A DNA stretch of 64,000 nt from NCBI GenBank assembly GCA_964523105.1, contig CAZFZN010000018.1, forward strand, positions 21,786-85,785, written 5' to 3'. Shown in pieces: positions 1 to 8,184 of this stretch. The translations under genes and the position numbers were made by a program. Within the stretch, counting starts at the first letter, position 1, and each line of letters opens with the position of its first letter. Source of the stretch: an uncultured Akkermansia sp. GTDB lineage: Bacteria; Verrucomicrobiota; Verrucomicrobiia; Verrucomicrobiales; V1-33. The notes beneath the pieces are model-generated. The model did no database searches, was not told where the DNA came from, and saw only the letters and a list, made by a program, of their open reading frames with translations.

Positions 1-741
1 CCTCCTCCGCGCGACGACCGCAGCCGGCAACAATACGAAAAGGCTCCACCGGCGGCAGCGCCCGCACGGCACTCTAACACCGTCATGCAGACTCCGCCCG
101 CGGAGCCGCCTGTCGTGGAACCACCCGCAGAGGAGGAAGGCCCAAACAGCCCGCTCAAGTTCGCGCTCAAAGACCTGCAAACCGATCATCCCTACCTCGC
201 CGAACGCGGCCTCACGGCTGAAACGGCGACGGAGTTTGGACTCGGCTACTGCAAGCGCGGCACGATGGCGAGCCGCGTGGTCATTCCCATGCACAACACC
301 AGAGGTGAGTTGGTGGGCTACGCAGGCCGATGGCCGGGAGAACCGCCGGAGAAGCGCCCGAAATACAAACTGCCAGAGGGCTTCAAAAAGATGAGCGAGG
401 TTTTTAGTCTGCACCGCGCCCTGCGCGAGCCGGACGAATCCCCGCTGATCGTAGTCGAAGGATTCTTCGACGTGATGAAGCTCTGGCAGCTTGGCTGGCG
501 ACGCACCGTTTCGCTGATGGGCAGCCACCTGTCGGCGACGCACGAGCGGCTGCTGGCGGAAGCCGGCAGTCACAGCGGGATCGTCCTGCTGTTCGATGAA
601 GACGACGCCGGACGCGCCGGCAGAGCGAAAGCCCTGCTGCGACTGGCGACGAAGGCTTTCGTCAAAGCAATGCCCCTGCCGCGCGAAGGCGTGCAGCCGG
701 ATCACCTGACGGAAGATGAACTTCACACCCTGCTCGACTGA
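1..741 (+). CDS. Toprim-domain DNA primase-like protein (DnaG/phage type), probably 5'-truncated by the window edge
   Basis: The frame is stop-free from nt 1; the first ATG is at 85. Motifs: 'HPYLAERGLTAETATEFGLGY', 'VVIPMHNTRGELVGYAGR', and acidic Toprim-like 'LIVVEGFFDVMKL' and 'VLLFDEDDAGR'. The Pro/Glu-rich linker at the N-terminus suggests a zinc-finger domain upstream of the window. Confidence 0.65.
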   Translation, partial: PPPRDDRSRQQYEKAPPAAAPARHSNTVMQTPPAEPPVVEPPAEEEGPNSPLKFALKDLQTDHPYLAERGLTAETATEFGLGYCKRGTMASRVVIPMHNTRGELVGYAGRWPGEPPEKRPKYKLPEGFKKMSEVFSLHRALREPDESPLIVVEGFFDVMKLWQLGWRRTVSLMGSHLSATHERLLAEAGSHSGIVLLFDEDDAGRAGRAKALLRLATKAFVKAMPLPREGVQPDHLTEDELHTLLD

Positions 742-742
742 C

Positions 743-1072
743 ATGGACGTTCACTGCACCACCTGCGGAGAGCCGTGGGACACGTATCATCTGTGGCAGG
801 ACGCCATTTGGGAGACCGGCCTCGATGAAGAACAGGTCAGCAAGTGGAAACAGTTGCCGACGGAGGAAAAGCTCAAGCCGTTCTACCGGCGCGAGTTCGA
901 ATCCGCCGGCTACGAATTCGGCCAGTCGGTGATCAACGTCATCCGCTGCCCCGCCTGCCCGCCCGACGCGAAACCCGATCCGGCCAAACTCTACATGAAG
1001 GCTGAAATCGAAGCGATGCTCGCCGGAGACGAAGACGGACTCGCCTGCCACTACGAAGACCTCGGCTTATGA
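743..1072 (+). CDS. Small Cys-rich hypothetical protein (possible zinc ribbon)
   Basis: The ATG at 743 lies 2 nt after the primase stop (739-741). Two CxxC pairs are present: 'HCTTCGEPW' and 'IRCPACPPD'. No family recognised. Confidence 0.5.
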   Translation: MDVHCTTCGEPWDTYHLWQDAIWETGLDEEQVSKWKQLPTEEKLKPFYRREFESAGYEFGQSVINVIRCPACPPDAKPDPAKLYMKAEIEAMLAGDEDGLACHYEDLGL

Positions 1073-1377
1073 TCCTGCCATCCGAACACGCCAGCGGAGC
1101 GACTTCCGCCCCCGTGAAATTCCCGCTTGGACAGTTGTGCGCCACGCCTGCTGCCCTTGCCGAACTCACGCACGAGGACATTCAGACTGCCCTGAAACGC
1201 CATCTCCGTGGCGACTGGGGCGATCTCGACAAGGACGACAAGACCGAGAATGAGTTGTCGCTCCAAAAAGGATTTCGACTGCTCTCCGCCTACCAGGGCG
1301 CGAACGGCACGAAGTTCTGGATCATCACCGAAGCCGACCGCTCCGTCACGACCGTGCTCCTTCCCTCGGACTACTAA
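1069..1377 (+). CDS. Conserved small plasmid/ICE-associated protein of unknown function
   Basis: The start overlaps the upstream stop (ATGA at 1069-1072). The motif 'RGDWGDLDKDD..NE..L..GFRLLSAY......FWIITEADRSVTTVLLPSDY' matches, from memory, a ~100-aa family recurrent on plasmids and integrative elements. Confidence 0.6.
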   Translation: MILPSEHASGATSAPVKFPLGQLCATPAALAELTHEDIQTALKRHLRGDWGDLDKDDKTENELSLQKGFRLLSAYQGANGTKFWIITEADRSVTTVLLPSDY

Positions 1378-1429
1378 AATGCACATTCGCTCTCCCGAGA
1401 TGAAGAGCCACAGGCGAACTGTCATCGCC

Positions 1430-1655
1430 CGCCAAACCTCTCGCGCAAGAAAGCGCCGTCCCGTCCGGGACGCGAGAGTGTAATCACATCCCGGACAACC
1501 TGCGGAAACAGGCGGACGGCAATAGAGAGTGATGCCGAGTAAGTCAATGAATGCAACCGTGCGAACGGTGCTCATGATTTGCCCTGCCTCAGCACCGGAA
1601 AAATCCGGTGAATCGAAACGGCCCCGTTCAGCGACAGACTGAACGGGGCTTTTTG
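1430..1655 (+). ncRNA. Candidate structured RNA (or ori/oriT-like region) ending in an intrinsic terminator
   Basis: A series of hairpins on the + strand. They are: 1438-1445/1471-1478 (CTCTCGCG/CGCGAGAG) enclosing an inner GTCCC/GGGAC stem; 1556-1569 (ACCGT-GCGA-ACGGT, GNRA loop); 1593-1610 (CACCGGA-AAAA-TCCGGTG); and the terminator hairpin at 1622-1648. No convincing ORF. Confidence 0.25.
1622..1655 (+). terminator. Rho-independent terminator
   Basis: A perfect 10-bp stem CCCCGTTCAG (1622-1631) / CTGAACGGGG (1639-1648) with a 7-nt loop, followed by CTTTTTG. Confidence 0.55.
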
Positions 1656-1975
1656 CTGTGGAATAGCATGCCTTGAGTCGGTCAAACAGAATGCGGCTGC
1701 GGGCGTTGTTATGCGCGTCACCGATCCCATATTGATCGGTCAAATTTCGAATAGCAGACCCGGATCACTGTGGTCGGACTATAGGAGTTTCCCCGATTTT
1801 TTGCCGCTTACAGTTGAAGGCTGTCACGACTGACAACAAACCGTGTATATCCTGGTGGGAGTCGCGGACGGAACCATTACTTCATCGAATATGATCAACG
1901 TCTCAAAAGATTTTCGCGCTGCATTCCGCCGGGAACCCCGAATCTCTTCCTGAGCCACAGCATTTCGACCAGGTT

Positions 1976-4360
1976 ATGAATGTTCTGCCCCCGCTTCCCT
2001 TGACTCAGCGCCGGCGCGCTGATCTTGTGAGTCTGGGTGCGGGTCTGATGATGTTTGGTGCAGGACATCTGCTTTCGGGAGCGCTGTCCGAGTCCCAGCG
2101 CCCGGGAATTCTGGTGCTGTTGAGTATCGTCGTGACAGCTGCAACTGCAGGAGCTGTGGCAGTGGGGTTGGCCGGACAACGGGAAACGGCTGCCGATTGG
2201 CAAGCGGCGCGGCTGGGCGCGAGGACAGGACTGTTTTCCGCTGCTCTGAGTGCCGGAATGCTGGTGCTGGCCGCGAAACTGTCCGGAGCGGAGGGCATTC
2301 TTTCCATCTGGCTCGCAGCAGCGCTTTGCATTTTGCCGGGGGCAGTCTGTGGCATGGGGGGCGCCTCGATGGGCTTCAAATTATCGGCCGGAACCAGCCC
2401 GGAATCCGGGACGCGCGCGGAGGCGCCGTCGGTGTCAAGTGGCACCGGGGGTATCTCCTGGTTGGCATTGCCAATTTGGGGCCTCGCAGTTTGCGGCATG
2501 AGTGCGCCTCTCTATCTGAATTCCTGGCAGCGCTATTCTCCGCTTTTGAAAATCCAGGCGGTGCCGGGCTCGTCGGCAAAGCCAGCAGAGCCGGTGGAGC
2601 CGGCGCTAACTGTGGCTCCACCACAGCCACCCCCTCCGCCGTTTGAATTCACGCCGTCTTCGGAACTGGGCAGCACCAAGCCGCTTCAATGGGAGATATT
2701 CGCGCACATGACCCTGGCGGAGCTTGACGGAGACGGCCCTCTGGCGTTCACAGCAGACGGCCGGTTCGTGGCCGGAATCGCATCGGGGGATGTGGTGATT
2801 TACGACATCCACACCCTCCGCACCGAAAACACCTGGACGATGGGGTTCCCTGTGAATGCGCTCGCCTTCTCACCGGACGGCAAACAGCTTCTGCTCGTGA
2901 GCGGGGAGTCGCCGCCGCGCATCGGGGTGCTGCGAAGTGAAGGCTCCCGCGTGATCATGCTCCCCCAGCCCCGCAAGCGTCTCGTGCCCGCCGAGCAGCC
3001 GGTCTGGCTTGGCCCGAACGACGTGGTCTTCCTGAGTTCCGGCGCGGTTCCCGCCCGACTTGACCTGGCATCGCTTGAAATCAATCCCGCTGCGACTGAG
3101 GAAAGCTGGAAGCGCCGGTCGAACACTCAGCTGGACAAGTGGACGGTGGAGGGGCAGCCGACCTGGCCGGAGCGTTCCGCCTGGCAGTTCGCAGCGGTGC
3201 GGTTCGCAACCGAAACCGAGCTTCCGGAGGTCGAGAGTGTGACAGATATTTGGCCCATGCGGTTCGGACTGGCGCTCGGGATTATCGACCGGACCCGCGC
3301 CCTCTCGCGGATGTTCCCGAGCATTGATTTGGCAGCGGGCGACCGGTTTTTCGCCACTCCGAACGGCTCCATGTTTGTCAGGTGCCGGGGACGCAGAGTG
3401 GAGATATTCTATTTTCAACCGTCCGCCGCGACACCACAGTCGGCATGGTCCGTGACGATGCCCTGCGACCTGAATGACCTTCAGGACCCGGTCATTAAGC
3501 AGGCCGTCGAGGAGAAGGCGCTGTGCGCGTTCGCTTACCGCCCGCTCGTCAATCCGCTGAACAATCAGGTCATCGGGCCGGACCGGGGCCGCGTGCTCGC
3601 TTCAGTGAGGATCGCGACGTGGCAGGGCTCGCAAGCACTTTGCGCCAGCGACCTCCACTGCGATGACCCGTCAGGCGAGATCGTGATCGCCGACCCGCAC
3701 CGGTGGCACGGATCCCGTCCGGAGTTGCTCAGGATGCCGGTTCCGCACCGGTGGTGGTCCGCCGCGAAGCCCGCCGAGTTCTCACAGCGATCAACGCCGC
3801 TGCCTGTGCTCGACAATCAGCCGAGAGTGGACACGCGATTCGAGCGCGGAGCAGTCCGCATCACGGACATTCGCGAATACAGACCGCCCCCTCCGTCGCT
3901 GCCGGGGCCGCCGTCTCCGGCACAGCCTGCGGTTCCCACCGTTCCGGCATCCGCTCCTGCTCCCCCTGCGAACGATGGCGAATTGATTCACCGGTTCATC
4001 ATTGAGCACCACCGCAAGGCATCGGCAGGAGACTTCGCGGGCATTGCGGCGGACTATGCCGACCGCGTCGAATACCTCACGAAGGGTACGGTCACCCGCG
4101 CCTTCATCGAACAGGACGCGCGGAAGTACCACGAGGCTCACAGCCGTGTCAGGGAATGGAGCCCGGAGCACATGACCGTCCGCAAGGTGGCTCCCGGCCG
4201 GTACGAGGCGGAGTATGTGCTGCACTCGGAGACTGTCCTCGCCAAAGACGGCGTCACCAGCCGGACCACCGTTCCTCTTCGGCTGGTGATCGTAATGCAG
4301 GACGGAAAACTCAGGATCGTGAAGCAGGTCAGGATTCAGCAACCCGGTAAAAAGCCATGA
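1976..4360 (+). CDS. Polytopic membrane protein with beta-propeller-like central region and NTF2/SnoaL-like C-terminus (unknown function)
   Basis: The N-terminal ~190 aa are strongly hydrophobic, with about five TM segments (e.g. 'GILVLLSIVVTAATAGAVAVGLAG', 'ILSIWLAAALCILPGAVCGMGG'). A Pro-rich linker 'PPQPPPPPFEF' follows, then TolB/WD40-like strand motifs 'FTADGRFVAGIASGDVVIYD' and 'ALAFSPDGKQLLLVSG'. After a second Pro-rich linker, the C-terminal ~120 aa ('ELIHRFIIEHHRKASAGDFAGIAADYADRVEYL') look NTF2-like. The stop overlaps the next start (ATGA 4357-4360). Confidence 0.7.
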   Translation: MNVLPPLPLTQRRRADLVSLGAGLMMFGAGHLLSGALSESQRPGILVLLSIVVTAATAGAVAVGLAGQRETAADWQAARLGARTGLFSAALSAGMLVLAAKLSGAEGILSIWLAAALCILPGAVCGMGGASMGFKLSAGTSPESGTRAEAPSVSSGTGGISWLALPIWGLAVCGMSAPLYLNSWQRYSPLLKIQAVPGSSAKPAEPVEPALTVAPPQPPPPPFEFTPSSELGSTKPLQWEIFAHMTLAELDGDGPLAFTADGRFVAGIASGDVVIYDIHTLRTENTWTMGFPVNALAFSPDGKQLLLVSGESPPRIGVLRSEGSRVIMLPQPRKRLVPAEQPVWLGPNDVVFLSSGAVPARLDLASLEINPAATEESWKRRSNTQLDKWTVEGQPTWPERSAWQFAAVRFATETELPEVESVTDIWPMRFGLALGIIDRTRALSRMFPSIDLAAGDRFFATPNGSMFVRCRGRRVEIFYFQPSAATPQSAWSVTMPCDLNDLQDPVIKQAVEEKALCAFAYRPLVNPLNNQVIGPDRGRVLASVRIATWQGSQALCASDLHCDDPSGEIVIADPHRWHGSRPELLRMPVPHRWWSAAKPAEFSQRSTPLPVLDNQPRVDTRFERGAVRITDIREYRPPPPSLPGPPSPAQPAVPTVPASAPAPPANDGELIHRFIIEHHRKASAGDFAGIAADYADRVEYLTKGTVTRAFIEQDARKYHEAHSRVREWSPEHMTVRKVAPGRYEAEYVLHSETVLAKDGVTSRTTVPLRLVIVMQDGKLRIVKQVRIQQPGKKP

Positions 4361-5094
4361 TTGGATTCTTCAAGCGGACCAAGTCGGTAGTGCAGGCGCA
4401 CTGGTATGCGCCGATGCTGGACTACGAAACGGACGCCGCGGAATTCTACGCGGCCATCAAAGCCGAGGTCGGCAGCCGGGAATTTCCCGGCGTGGAAGTT
4501 TCGCATATCACCTTCAAGGAGGGCGGCCTGCTCTCAAGTGCCCGAGAGTATCTGCGCATCCGCCGCGAGCGGCTGCTCTTCGACGTGGGTTGCGGGCCGT
4601 TCGGCAAATGCTGGTATTATTCCTGCCGCGGCTGCATCCTCCCCCGCCGCATGACCTTGTGGGAGATTCTGCTCGCTTTCGCCACCATCGGCAGTTTTGC
4701 CCTGCTCTACATCATGTCCTTCGGCATGACCATCGGCCTGATTGTTCTGGGTGCGACACTCATCGCCATCGGAACGCTGCTGATGCAGGCGGGCAAATGG
4801 CCGGGACTCGATGACTTCCTCACCAATCTGCCGGTGGTGGGAGGCATCTACGAGCTGTTCTTCCGCCGGGAAACCTATCACCGGCAGGACACGCGGCTCG
4901 CCTTCTGCGATCTGGTAAATCACTTTATCCGCCGCAAGGTGGAGGAGGATGCTCTCGCACGCGGGCGGCAGGAAGTGCAGTTCATCGAGCAGAAGGACGT
5001 GCAGCAGCCGATGGGCTACAAAGACCTCGCAAAGGATGTTCTCCACCAGTTGATCGAAAGCACGAAGGATGGAAAGCCGAAGAAGCACGCATGA
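4357..5094 (+). CDS. Hypothetical 2-TM membrane protein
   Basis: 245 aa. It has a central hydrophobic pair ('LWEILLAFATIGSFALLYIMSF', 'IGLIVLGATLIAIGTLLM') between soluble N- and C-terminal regions. It is translationally coupled on both sides (ATGA at 4357 and 5091). No family recognised. Confidence 0.65.
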   Translation: MIGFFKRTKSVVQAHWYAPMLDYETDAAEFYAAIKAEVGSREFPGVEVSHITFKEGGLLSSAREYLRIRRERLLFDVGCGPFGKCWYYSCRGCILPRRMTLWEILLAFATIGSFALLYIMSFGMTIGLIVLGATLIAIGTLLMQAGKWPGLDDFLTNLPVVGGIYELFFRRETYHRQDTRLAFCDLVNHFIRRKVEEDALARGRQEVQFIEQKDVQQPMGYKDLAKDVLHQLIESTKDGKPKKHA

Positions 5095-8000
5095 GCACGG
5101 TGCAGGAAAAGCTGGCTGAGAACTTCCGGCGCTGGGCCTCGCGCGGGTGCGGGAAGCTGACATTCCCTGAGCCGGTGTCCCCGCGGCCTCCGTTTGTTCC
5201 ATTCCCTGGCCATCGCCTGGCCGTCGCTCGTCAGCCTGATACGGGACGGCGGGCGACGTTTCTTTCCCGCCTGACGGATCGCGTGACGCAGGCGATTGGC
5301 CCGCCAACCGGGCGGGAAATCGCCCTCATCGAAAATGAAGTGGATGAACCGGATCCGGACTGGCTCGGATGGGATGAACCTGAACTGGTGGAGCTTTCCC
5401 TGCTGTTGCCGCCCGATTTCACGGCCAGTCAGGAAGCGATGGCGCATTTTCTGTGCAGTATTTCGCTCGCCAGCCAGCCGGTGACGCTGGAGTGCCTGGG
5501 AACGCAGGGCAGGGTGACGGTGCAACTCTGCACGCATCTTGAAGATGCCGATCTGGTAGCCGGACAGTTGGCGGCCCATTTCCCGGAAATCATTTGCCGT
5601 CATTCCATGGGAGGAATGGATACCGTCTGGGGTCCTCCTGATTGTGAGGATGAGCGTGTGGTGATCGAGTTCGGACTCGCCGGTCCGTTCATGCTGCCCC
5701 TGGCCTCTGCCGGAAAGTCCGATCCCTTCGTTGGACTAACCGGCGCGCTGGCCGCGCTGAATGCGGAAACCGCAGGCATTTATCAGGTGATCTTCACACC
5801 GCTGAGCGAGCCGTGGAGTGTCCATGCCCTGGCCGCAGTGACTCGCGAAGACGGCAAGCCCTTCTTCGATGATGGTGCCGAACTCGTGAAAGGGACGCGG
5901 GAGAAGATGTCCCGCCCGCTTTACGGCGTCATCGTTCGACTCGCGGCGCGGGCTTCCTCGTTAAGTGAAGTCTGGCAGGTGGTTCGCCGCATGGCGGCAC
6001 CGCTGCGCCTTTTCAAACGCCATGAGGGTAACGAACTCGCGCCGGTGCCCAATGACGACTATGAGCACCACGGCCACTGTTACGACCTCGCCCTGCGCCG
6101 CTCCCGGCGTGTCGGAATGATTCTCAGTCAGGATGAACTCATCGGCTTCATCCGATTCCCCACCGCTGCGGTGCGCACGCCCGCTTTCATCCGTGTGGAC
6201 GCCGGCACTCGCGCGGTTTCGCAGCCGGCATCCTCCACCAGTGGCGTGTGCCTCGGTATCAATGAGCACGCCGGCCTGAGCGAGGAGGTCTGGCTGACTG
6301 CAGAACAGCGGGTGCGCCACCTGCACATCATCGGCGGCAGCGGCAGCGGCAAAACCACGCTCATGCTCAATCTGCTCCAGCAGGACATCGAGAATGGGGC
6401 CGGATTTGCCCTCCTCGATCCTCACGGTGACCTTGCGGACAAAGTGGTGGGCATCATTCCCCTGGAGCGCATGGATGACGTGGTGCTCCTTGATCCGGCC
6501 GACGAGCAATTCATCGTCCCCTTCAACTTTCTGTCGGCACACAGCGACTTTGAGAAGACGCTGCTGGCCTCGGATTTGGTGGCCATCTTCCGCGCTCAGT
6601 CCACGTCATGGGGCGATCAGATGAATACCGTCTTTGGAAACGCGATCCGCGCTTTCCTCGAAAGCAGTGAAGGAGGCACGCTGGCCGACCTCCGCCGCTT
6701 CCTGCTCGATCCCGACTGGCGCGAGCGATTCCTCACGACCGTGACCGACCCGGAGATTGTGTTTTATTGGAAGCGCGGGTTCCCGCAACTCGGCGGCAAC
6801 AAGAGCATCGGCCCCATCCTGACACGCCTGGAGACTTTTCTCGCACCGAAAGCGATTCGCTACATGGTTTCGCAGCGCGAGAACAGGCTCGACTTTGCGG
6901 AGATGATGGACAGCGGCAAGATTTTCATCGCTAAACTCCCGCAGGGTCAGATGGGCAGAGAGAACTCTCACCTGCTGGGCGCGCTCCTCGTCGCCAAACT
7001 CCAACAGATGGCCATGAGCCGCCAGCGCATGGACAGTGCGCAGCGCCGCCCGTTCTTCGTTTATGCCGATGAGTTCCAGAACTTCATCTGCCCCAGCATG
7101 GCGGAAATTCTCAGCGGTGCGCGCAAATACGGCATGGGCTTCATCCTGGCTCATCAGGACTTGCGTCAGTTAGAGCGCGACAAAGAAGTGGGAGCGGCGG
7201 TGCTTTCCAACGCGTTCACCCGCGTCGTCTTCCGCGTCGGCGACAGCGACGCCCGCACACTGGCAGAGGGCTTCGCCCACTTCCAGCCCCGCGATCTCCA
7301 AAATCTGTCCATCGGCAAAGCCCTCTGCCGCATCGAACGCGCCGACAACGACTTCAACCTGACCGTTCCATTGCCGAATGAGCCTGACGCTGGTGAAGCC
7401 GCCACCACCCGGCTCATTCATACCAGAGCCTCCCGTCTGTCCCATGCGCGCCCCCGCGCCGAAGTGGAAGCGGAGCTGTATCCGCCAACCCCTGAGCCAC
7501 CGACGAAGCGCAACAAAGAAACGCCGCCGCCGGAACCGGAAAATCCTCGGAAGGAAAGTTCCCCTGCGCCCGCTCCCGTATCACCGGAAACGCCACCGGT
7601 GCCGTCTTCGGTTTCAGAGACGGACACCGAGGAGCGTCCAGCGGCCCCTTCGCACAATCCCGGCAAAGGCGGGCCACTGCACATCACGCTGCAAAAGCTC
7701 ATCAAAGCCGCCGCGGAGGCCAGAGGCTTCCGCGCCGTCATTGAGTCACCCACAGGCACCGGCAAGGAAAGTGTCGATGTCGCGCTGCTGCGCGAAGACC
7801 AGCGCATCGCCTGCGAAATCTCCATCTCCACCACTGCCGAACAGGAACTCGGCAATGCCCGCAAGTGTCTCAGCCTGGACTTTCAACTTATCGCCCTCAT
7901 CCTCGCCGATGACCGCCGCCGCACCCAACTCAGCAATGCCATCGCCACCAGCTTTTCGCCCTCTGAACAGTCCCGCCTGCGCTGCTTCACCGCGGAGGAA

Positions 8001-8180
8001 TTCATCGCCTATCTGACCACCCTGCCGGAAGCGCCCGTCTCCAAACCCGGAGAGAAGACCATCCGCGGCTGGAAAGTAAAACGCACCCACGTCAAGCTGA
8101 CCGATGAAGAGCGCGCCGCCAAATCAAAGGCAGCCTTCGAGTTGCTGGCGCAGGAGATGAAACTGCCTCCGGAGGCATGA
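5091..8180 (+). CDS. FtsK/HerA/VirD4-superfamily P-loop ATPase (T4CP-like) with unknown N-terminal domain and PD-(D/E)xK-like C-terminal tail
   Basis: Walker A 'IIGGSGSGKTTLMLN' is followed by 'LLDPHGD' (HerA/VirB4/T4CP style), and Walker B is 'FFVYADEFQNF'. 'LAHQDLRQL' and 'VVFRVGDSDARTLAEGF' resemble the TraD/TraG C-terminal region. There is no TM segment, and the ~400-aa N-terminal domain is unassigned. A Pro/Glu-rich linker (nt ~7440-7660) precedes the tail 'GFRAVIESP..VDVALL..IACEISIS'. Confidence 0.85.
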   Translation: MSTVQEKLAENFRRWASRGCGKLTFPEPVSPRPPFVPFPGHRLAVARQPDTGRRATFLSRLTDRVTQAIGPPTGREIALIENEVDEPDPDWLGWDEPELVELSLLLPPDFTASQEAMAHFLCSISLASQPVTLECLGTQGRVTVQLCTHLEDADLVAGQLAAHFPEIICRHSMGGMDTVWGPPDCEDERVVIEFGLAGPFMLPLASAGKSDPFVGLTGALAALNAETAGIYQVIFTPLSEPWSVHALAAVTREDGKPFFDDGAELVKGTREKMSRPLYGVIVRLAARASSLSEVWQVVRRMAAPLRLFKRHEGNELAPVPNDDYEHHGHCYDLALRRSRRVGMILSQDELIGFIRFPTAAVRTPAFIRVDAGTRAVSQPASSTSGVCLGINEHAGLSEEVWLTAEQRVRHLHIIGGSGSGKTTLMLNLLQQDIENGAGFALLDPHGDLADKVVGIIPLERMDDVVLLDPADEQFIVPFNFLSAHSDFEKTLLASDLVAIFRAQSTSWGDQMNTVFGNAIRAFLESSEGGTLADLRRFLLDPDWRERFLTTVTDPEIVFYWKRGFPQLGGNKSIGPILTRLETFLAPKAIRYMVSQRENRLDFAEMMDSGKIFIAKLPQGQMGRENSHLLGALLVAKLQQMAMSRQRMDSAQRRPFFVYADEFQNFICPSMAEILSGARKYGMGFILAHQDLRQLERDKEVGAAVLSNAFTRVVFRVGDSDARTLAEGFAHFQPRDLQNLSIGKALCRIERADNDFNLTVPLPNEPDAGEAATTRLIHTRASRLSHARPRAEVEAELYPPTPEPPTKRNKETPPPEPENPRKESSPAPAPVSPETPPVPSSVSETDTEERPAAPSHNPGKGGPLHITLQKLIKAAAEARGFRAVIESPTGTGKESVDVALLREDQRIACEISISTTAEQELGNARKCLSLDFQLIALILADDRRRTQLSNAIATSFSPSEQSRLRCFTAEEFIAYLTTLPEAPVSKPGEKTIRGWKVKRTHVKLTDEERAAKSKAAFELLAQEMKLPPEA

Positions 8181-8184
8181 GCCG

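Noticed and set aside
1051-1743. 230-aa minus-strand ORF and the 91-aa plus-strand ORF (1208-1483) in the element's non-coding region.
   Set aside because: They overlap the well-supported 1069-1377 gene and the hairpin/terminator series. They have no motifs and an unconvincing composition.
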